This document shows positions 58,153-64,000 of a DNA stretch of 64,000 nucleotides, one piece after another (within the stretch, counting starts at the first letter, position 1; every line of letters begins with the position of its first letter). The translations under genes were made by a program, and so were the position numbers. The notes beneath the pieces are model-generated. The model ran no database searches, was not told the DNA's origin, and worked only from the letters and a program-made list of their open reading frames with translations. This DNA is from Parachlamydiales bacterium (GTDB taxonomy: Bacteria; Chlamydiota; Chlamydiia; Chlamydiales; JAJFMK01): positions 12,609-76,608 of the forward strand of contig CAVXVG010000024.1 in the NCBI GenBank assembly GCA_963765145.1, in the 5' to 3' direction.

Positions 58153-59466
58153 TTAGATTTGGCGCAAAGAATCTTTTTGATGGGACAGAAGTTTTCGCTT
58201 TCCAATGATTCCGATCAGCATAGACATTGCAATCGCAACTCCAATGGTAATCGGTGGTAAGTAGACAGTTGCGGCCTTCAGAGTGCCAAAGGCTATTAAC
58301 AACGATTGGACAATGAACGATCCCGACCCGGCAATCAGAGGGACGATGATGATTTCTGCCCACGCTTTGGTCGAGAAACGGTTAGCCTTTGGTAAAGAAA
58401 GGTAGCCGATTTGCAAAACCGGGAACAAAAAAGCAGAGGATAATGTCGCTAAAAGCACCTGGTTGATCACGATGAATTCGGCAGTAAATATATTTAAAAG
58501 ATGAAGGACATAAGAGAGAGCGATCGATTGAGAGACGATCAAAGGAGGTGTTAACACAGCTAATTGCCACCCTTTTTTCTTTAAGAGCCAGTAACCGAGA
58601 TAGGCGACAGGGATGGTGAGGGTTAAAACACCTATGCCAATGATGAGAGGGTAATTAGAAAACCAAGCAGGTGTCCCGTCTTTTGGTAAGGCCTTGATAA
58701 AAGTTCTCATCAAGGTTGACATCAGGGTAAAGGCCCCAAAAGCAAAGCCAAAAATAACGGGAGTGAAGATTGTTGAAGGCTCAGGCTTTTCTTGAGGATC
58801 TTCTTCCCATCGCTCTAGAGGGAGTTTTTTGCAGACTGACCTAAAAACAAAAAGGGTCGCAATAAGAGAGACGATCGAACCCAAGATTAGAAGCCTAGAT
58901 GTTCCTAAAGCTGTTCCAAAGAAGGAAGGGGGCGTTAATAAAAGACCGGAGAAAATGGCCAATGGAATGTAGTATTTCATCCCTTCGGATAGTTTAGTGA
59001 TCTGGTTGATCACACCCCAAACCACAACGGTCAGGAGGCCTGGCTTAACAACGCTTAAAAGGAAAAAAGTAAGAAAGCCCTGCCAGTTAGCAAGAAGGGT
59101 GTTTAGGTAAAAAGTAAGATCGGCACTAGGGGCCAGTTCTGCCTTAATTACAGGAGTTGGGAGAAAGAGCAGAAGGGTTTGTCCTGCTACAAAAAATAAG
59201 ATGAGAGGGGCAAACCAAGAGCGGATCTGTTTTCGGGCAGAAAGGACGATAAAAACAACAAAACAGACGGTCGCTAAAATGGATGCAGAGGTACGGCAGG
59301 CTGTTGTACCTAAAAGTGCTTCGATCGATGGGTCGTTATGCGCATAACTTTGCGCTGCGGAATTGAAGAAAAAAGTGCTGACGCCGACTAACAATAGAAG
59401 GACAACGAATGGGAGTAGGAGATTTTTATAAAAATAACCGTCTTCAGTTCTGTTGGTTTGTGCCAT
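58153..59466 (-). CDS. Highly divergent TLC/NTT-family nucleotide transporter-like protein
   Basis: VVWGVINQITKLSEGMKYY and QIGYLSL...KAWAEII...GSGSFIVQSLLIAFGTL..ATVYL parallel NTT motifs; multi-TM. Confidence 0.65.
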   Translation of the reverse strand: MAQTNRTEDGYFYKNLLLPFVVLLLLVGVSTFFFNSAAQSYAHNDPSIEALLGTTACRTSASILATVCFVVFIVLSARKQIRSWFAPLILFFVAGQTLLLFLPTPVIKAELAPSADLTFYLNTLLANWQGFLTFFLLSVVKPGLLTVVVWGVINQITKLSEGMKYYIPLAIFSGLLLTPPSFFGTALGTSRLLILGSIVSLIATLFVFRSVCKKLPLERWEEDPQEKPEPSTIFTPVIFGFAFGAFTLMSTLMRTFIKALPKDGTPAWFSNYPLIIGIGVLTLTIPVAYLGYWLLKKKGWQLAVLTPPLIVSQSIALSYVLHLLNIFTAEFIVINQVLLATLSSAFLFPVLQIGYLSLPKANRFSTKAWAEIIIVPLIAGSGSFIVQSLLIAFGTLKAATVYLPPITIGVAIAMSMLIGIIGKRKLLSHQKDSLRQI

Positions 59467-59647
59467 GATTTCCTCAAATAAATTAAAGAGAGAATAATAT
59501 TAGTTTGCTTCTCATTCAGTCAATTTTTTAATTCGCCCCAGCGTTTGGAAATATAGCATTCATCTAGGAAGAGACTCTTGCCCCTCTGATCATGAAGTAA
59601 CATGATGTCAATCGTTTAACATGATTAGTAGACGGAGTAGTCATCTC

Positions 59648-59864
59648 GGAAAAATCATCTTAAAAATTTAACAGGGTGAACAGGATGAACAGGATAAGCT
59701 CCGCCTACAAAAAGCAGTTGTTTCGGTGAAAACAACAAAAAAAGTTGATCATCTATAAAAACTAACAAGGCTTAGCATTCTTTTCTTTTTGCCTTTTCCA
59801 CTTTAGGATAGCTTTAGGCGGAGCTTATCCTGTTCACCCTGTTAAATTTTTAAGGTGCTTTTCC
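59648..59864. repeat. Inverted-repeat element, family D
   Basis: CTTAAAAATTTAACAGGGTGAACAGGAT(GAACAGGAT)AAGCTCCGCCTA at 59659-59707 and its reverse complement at 59815-59854. Confidence 0.85.
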
Positions 59865-59874
59865 CTAAGGCTTG

Positions 59875-60150
59875 TTAATTCTTGAAAGTGGTGGTCATTT
59901 TGTCGACGACGTCGGTGACACCTTTTGTCTTTCTGGCAATTTTGGCAATTTTCTTCTTCTCTTTTTCCCCTTTGACTTGGCCGGTCAAAGTGACAACACC
60001 ATCGTTGATTGAAACCTGCACACTTCGGCCATAGCTGGAGATATCATGATTGTTTTGAATGGCAGTTCTTACTTGGGCCCCTACCTCGCTGTCTGTCGAG
60101 AAGGCTGCGAGGAGTGAGGAAAAAAGCAGTATGCAAACAAAAGAATGCAT
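59875..60150 (-). CDS. BON domain protein
   Basis: Signal peptide, DSEVGAQVR..DGVVTLTGQV..TKGVTDVVDKM. Confidence 0.85.
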   Translation of the reverse strand: MHSFVCILLFSSLLAAFSTDSEVGAQVRTAIQNNHDISSYGRSVQVSINDGVVTLTGQVKGEKEKKKIAKIARKTKGVTDVVDKMTTTFKN

Positions 60151-60153
60151 CGG

Positions 60154-60657
60154 TTACCCCTTTTGGCGGCTTTCAAATAAAAACCAGACTCTCCGTTCCG
60201 TTTCATCTAAGAAAACTTCAAGTAAACTCGCTGTTGCCACATCTTCTTCTTTTTCACAGACTTTGTGGACTTTCAGAAGGTGGGCGGCAAAGCTTTTATT
60301 GTCATTATAGAGCCGCCGTAACATCTCTTCCGGCGGTACGAATGCATCGTTATCGTCTGCAAGTGTTTGATATTTGCTGATTTCGCCTATCGAGTGGAGC
60401 GTTAACCCTCCAAGCTTTCGTCCCCTTTCTGCCAGAACATCGACCATAGCAAAAATTTGTTCAGCCTGCTCGTCGAATAAGAGGTGATAGTCTCTAAAAT
60501 GGGGGCCTGATAGGTGCCAATGGAAATTTTTTGTTTTCACATAGAGGGCAAACGTATCGGCAACCAAAGGTTTTAACGCTTCGATGACTGGGGTATTGTC
60601 CTTTGAGGGATGTTCGTTGACAACCGCCAAAGTTGGGGGGATAGCATCTGTTTTCAT
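60154..60657 (-). CDS. dps: DNA starvation/stationary phase protection protein
   Basis: KTKNFHWHLSGPHFRDYHLLFDEQA..DVLAER. Confidence 0.95.
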   Translation of the reverse strand: MKTDAIPPTLAVVNEHPSKDNTPVIEALKPLVADTFALYVKTKNFHWHLSGPHFRDYHLLFDEQAEQIFAMVDVLAERGRKLGGLTLHSIGEISKYQTLADDNDAFVPPEEMLRRLYNDNKSFAAHLLKVHKVCEKEEDVATASLLEVFLDETERRVWFLFESRQKG

Positions 60658-60758
60658 ATTCTCTACCCATAAAATAATAGGAGATCTTTTTCAATGCTCA
60701 TTTGCTTGTCAGGGAAATGCATTTGAGCTAGGCTTTTCGTTTTTAACCGGAGCTGTAG

Positions 60759-61556
60759 ATGTCCCATATTGATATTACTGATTTAAGCGATAGATTCGAT
60801 CTTCTCGCTAATGTTGATTATTCTATTAATCTCAAAAACGATTCAATCGGATTGTCCGAAGCCAATAAAATTGCCGGTTTATTAAATGGCCGCAAGGTGA
60901 CGAACTTAACTCTTAGAGAGACCCAAATAAGTGATGAAGCTCTAGAAGTGATTGCTAAAGCCCTAGAAAAGGTCAGCAATACCATCTATATTTACTTGGA
61001 CGAGAACAATATAGATGATGTGGGTGCTAGTGTATTAGCGAAAGCGCTGAAAAATAAAAACGTTAGAACGTTGAGTTTAAACAATAATCGCATTTCAGAT
61101 GCTGGGGCTATTTGTCTTGCAGCCTCATTACACAACAATAAAGATTTAGCTTTATCTCTAACAAAAAACAAAATTGGAGCTATTGGTGCAGAAGCTCTGG
61201 TTAAAGCCTGGTCGTATCATTCTTATACTAGCCTCATTGACCTCTCTGATAACAACATAGGAAATGAGGGGGCTAAAAAAATCGCCCTTGCTTTAAAGGA
61301 CCACCCAGGTAAGATCAAAACTCTTTGGCTACGTCGTAATGAGATAGGTTTAGAAGGAGATAAAGCCCTGGCTGAGCACCTTCCATCTTCTGTAAAAGAG
61401 GTTGTTTATCGGACTAAAAAGGTCAATTTTGCAGAATTTAGCCAAAAACATCCCTACTTAGCCGCTTTTACGACACTCTTTACTCTCGGAATAGCTCCCT
61501 TTATGAAATTTGATGAGGACATTGAAGGATTAATTCATCAAAGAACAGCAAGATAA
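60759..61556 (+). CDS. RNI-like leucine-rich repeat protein with C-terminal hydrophobic segment
   Basis: L.L..N.I.D.GA..LA..L repeats. Confidence 0.85.
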   Translation: MSHIDITDLSDRFDLLANVDYSINLKNDSIGLSEANKIAGLLNGRKVTNLTLRETQISDEALEVIAKALEKVSNTIYIYLDENNIDDVGASVLAKALKNKNVRTLSLNNNRISDAGAICLAASLHNNKDLALSLTKNKIGAIGAEALVKAWSYHSYTSLIDLSDNNIGNEGAKKIALALKDHPGKIKTLWLRRNEIGLEGDKALAEHLPSSVKEVVYRTKKVNFAEFSQKHPYLAAFTTLFTLGIAPFMKFDEDIEGLIHQRTAR

Positions 61557-61811
61557 ACAAAAAACTTTACGTTGATTCTCTGATTTTGTTAAAATGATAG
61601 GGTGACTATAAAAAACGTTTCTACTTTTTTTAGAAGGTGCTTTTTTTTCGCCCTTTTTATGGCAGGTGTGACTGTCTTTGAGGAATGGGAAGAGGAACAC
61701 CGTTCTGAAAGGCTCATGCAAGAGCCTCTTCGCAAGGAAGCGTAGAATTTTGATTGCTTGCGGCTTGCCCGTTTAAGTACTCTACTCCTTATTTTTCGGA
61801 GTCGCATTCTT

Positions 61812-62777
61812 TTGAAATACCTGATTTTTCTTCTTTTTCCCCTGATTTGTATGGGATTGCCTCACAAAGCAGTGACTTTTGGCGAAGGGGGCAGGCTTGG
61901 GGATAACATCTTAGACTATACTCATGCCAAATGGATCTCCTATAAGTGGGGCATCCCTCTACTGTTCTACAATTTCGAATATTCAGATCAGTTTGTTTTT
62001 TCTGATGCCGAACAGCACCTCACCAACGAAAGCAAGAGTGGGTATGTGACAAAAGTATTAACCGACTTTTCACAACTTTCTGAATCAGTTGACGTGGATA
62101 CGCTATATCAAATAGGCCATGTCCCTGATGCGTACGAAGAATATACTTTTCTTGGGGCTTATGGCCTCTATATCCCTGTCGATTGGTCAGACAAAATTTT
62201 TCGAGACATGATGAGAGGCTTGATTGTTCCAAAGGAGAAATTAAGCTTAATAGAGCCGCCGCCAGGGATGGTTTCGGTTGCAATCCACTATAGAGATGGG
62301 GGAGGGTTTGGTTGGGACACCGATTCTATGAAAAGAGGGTTGCCTCTCCGCTTTCCACATATTAGTTACTATATCAAGCAGTTAAAAAGACTGACTGTTT
62401 TGGTGGGAAGGCAGCAATTATATGTTCAATTGTTTACAGATCATCCAGATCCGGAATCTATTAGAAAGCAATTCAAAGCAGCCTTTCCACAAAGTAATAT
62501 CGAGTTTCATTGCAGGCAAAGCGGTAACCGCCATGATGCCAATGTGCTTGAAGATATGTTTTCAATGACCAATTTTGATTGCTTGATACGTCCGATGTCT
62601 CACTATTCGATGACAGCATCACATCTAAAAGACTTTAAAATTGAATTTTATCCCACCGGAGGTCATTGGGAAGAGAAAGGATTCATTATAGACAAAGTCG
62701 AGCTCATTGAAAGAGCTAGATGGGACAAAACGCTCAAGCGGTGGATCCCCAAAAACAATACCCGCATCTCGTTTTAA
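61812..62777 (+). CDS. GT11-like (fucosyltransferase-type) glycosyltransferase, exported
   Basis: GGRLGDNI, VAIHYRDGG, LFTD, DMFSMTNFDCLIRPMSHYS. Confidence 0.6.
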   Translation: MKYLIFLLFPLICMGLPHKAVTFGEGGRLGDNILDYTHAKWISYKWGIPLLFYNFEYSDQFVFSDAEQHLTNESKSGYVTKVLTDFSQLSESVDVDTLYQIGHVPDAYEEYTFLGAYGLYIPVDWSDKIFRDMMRGLIVPKEKLSLIEPPPGMVSVAIHYRDGGGFGWDTDSMKRGLPLRFPHISYYIKQLKRLTVLVGRQQLYVQLFTDHPDPESIRKQFKAAFPQSNIEFHCRQSGNRHDANVLEDMFSMTNFDCLIRPMSHYSMTASHLKDFKIEFYPTGGHWEEKGFIIDKVELIERARWDKTLKRWIPKNNTRISF

Positions 62778-62785
62778 AAATAAAC

Positions 62786-62914
62786 GTGCGCCTGCCGAAT
62801 TTAAAACGTGCCCCTGCCCTTGCCCGAAAAAATTGTTGGTAAGAGCGTCGTATATTTTGCCTAAACAGTTTTTAAGTTGAAAATCGGGCAAGGGCAAGGG
62901 CAGACAAGGGCAAG
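62786..62914. repeat. Palindromic element family B, copy 2
   Basis: GTGCCCCTGCCCTTGCCCGA ... TCGGGCAAGGGCAAGGGC between convergent genes. Confidence 0.85.
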
Positions 62915-63799
62915 TTATCTTTTATCAATGAATTTAACCTGTGAAGCATTTGGTAGCTGAAACAGGTAATAAGCATCCCAGAGAGATTTGTGATAGTTGT
63001 TATGTCCCCCATCGCTTCCATAGACAGACCAAGTGGTTCCTTTAGAATTGGCTTGCTGTATGTTTTTGACAAATAGGTCGTCGTCTCGATTGGGTATGAC
63101 CTCGTCTGGGTATTGGAAATTGATTAAAATTTTGTAAGACAAGCCTGTCAGCCCGTTTAGAGAATCAATCGGTCTTAAACGGTTCATCCGGTATCGGTCG
63201 GCAAGGACCCGATCCATTTGGCTTCCACCTTTTACAGCAGCAATTTCATCGATCGATTTGAGAGGGGCATCTAAAATGATCGACCCTTTTTGCAACGCCT
63301 GAGATATCTTTTGTTTCATTTCAAGATTGATCCCAATCGCTTGTAAATCTTTGTCATAATCTTTTTTGTTCAACACAGCCAGAACGTTAACAACAGCTCC
63401 GCCTCCTGCAGAGAACCCGTATAGGCTGATTCTTTCTGCGCCATTTACAACCAGCTGTTTCAACAGGTAAAGAGGGGGTAAAATTTCTTGGATAGTGCCG
63501 AAAGCGGTTTGATAAGCATTGAAATTTTCATTTGAAATATTAGCGTCGGGGAAGTTGAAAGAGATGATGTGATCTTGAATGCATTTGTTTTCGCGCAAGA
63601 TTCCGCCTAGTTGGCAATCATGTCCAAAACCGTGGAAAACCACTAAGGGATCGGCATTGGGGTTGTAGGCTGGAAACACTCGGGCCCTTAAAAGGTAAGG
63701 GAACGGGGTCGGTCCGCCCAAGGCTTTTTGTAATTGCTGCGTGTTGATAGCAGCAAGATGACCGGAAAAGAATAAGAAGAGCAGGAGAAAATTTTTCAT
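62915..63799 (-). CDS. Exported alpha/beta-hydrolase fold protein
   Basis: Signal peptide, VFHGFG, GFSAGG, DEVIP, GGH. Confidence 0.7.
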   Translation of the reverse strand: MKNFLLLFLFFSGHLAAINTQQLQKALGGPTPFPYLLRARVFPAYNPNADPLVVFHGFGHDCQLGGILRENKCIQDHIISFNFPDANISNENFNAYQTAFGTIQEILPPLYLLKQLVVNGAERISLYGFSAGGGAVVNVLAVLNKKDYDKDLQAIGINLEMKQKISQALQKGSIILDAPLKSIDEIAAVKGGSQMDRVLADRYRMNRLRPIDSLNGLTGLSYKILINFQYPDEVIPNRDDDLFVKNIQQANSKGTTWSVYGSDGGHNNYHKSLWDAYYLFQLPNASQVKFIDKR

Positions 63800-64000
63800 G
63801 AGCCCGATTTTAAAGGAAAAACTCAAATTTTTGTATGTTTTTTGAATGCGCAAGACCGGGTCTACTACCAATCGATAAGTTTTCAAGCAAAACCATTTTA
63901 GAGTGTCCTTTACACAGGGATTTTGTCTCGTAAGAATAGAGCAATTTTCGATCGATTTTCAGATGTCGTTTTTTTATTGTTGTGCGAAATTCGGGGGTTC

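Noticed and set aside
61589..61807. Small basic ORF on the minus strand
   Set aside because: No recognisable motif or clear RBS; cannot be supported.
1..64000. tRNA/rRNA genes
   Set aside because: No cloverleaf or rRNA signature recognised by eye.

Overview
Bacterial chromosomal segment that looks like an environmental member of Chlamydiae. This is inferred from a divergent TLC/NTT transporter, an SycD/LcrH-like chaperone, Lpg1974-, BBP7- and inverse-autotransporter-type beta-barrels, an RHS protein with a DUF687-like tip, and eukaryote-like F-box, MYND-SET and LRR proteins. The backbone is dus, brnQ, mrp, a complete nuoA-N complex I set and dps. The nuo operon is interrupted twice: by a ~13 kb effector/defence island between nuoE and nuoF, and by an internally deleted IS66 plus a RAYT-like Y1 transposase between nuoK and nuoL. 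The most unusual features are: (1) a signal-peptide RHS/lipase-like toxin followed by a 652-bp-period array of putative immunity paralogues, each closed by a ~98-bp REPIN-like palindrome showing compensatory changes; (2) variable slots carrying duplicated flanking sequence without an integrase (dus|brnQ junction; a nuoA/nuoF upstream motif recurring at island junctions); (3) mirror-image C-rich-left / G-rich-right composition around several of these slots; (4) an RHS-N-like/collagen/BclA-like fusion beside a GT2-TPR glycosyltransferase. Several single-base homopolymer frameshifts, including in nuoI and nuoN, suggest sequencing error. Product calls rest on recognised motifs only; no database search was run.
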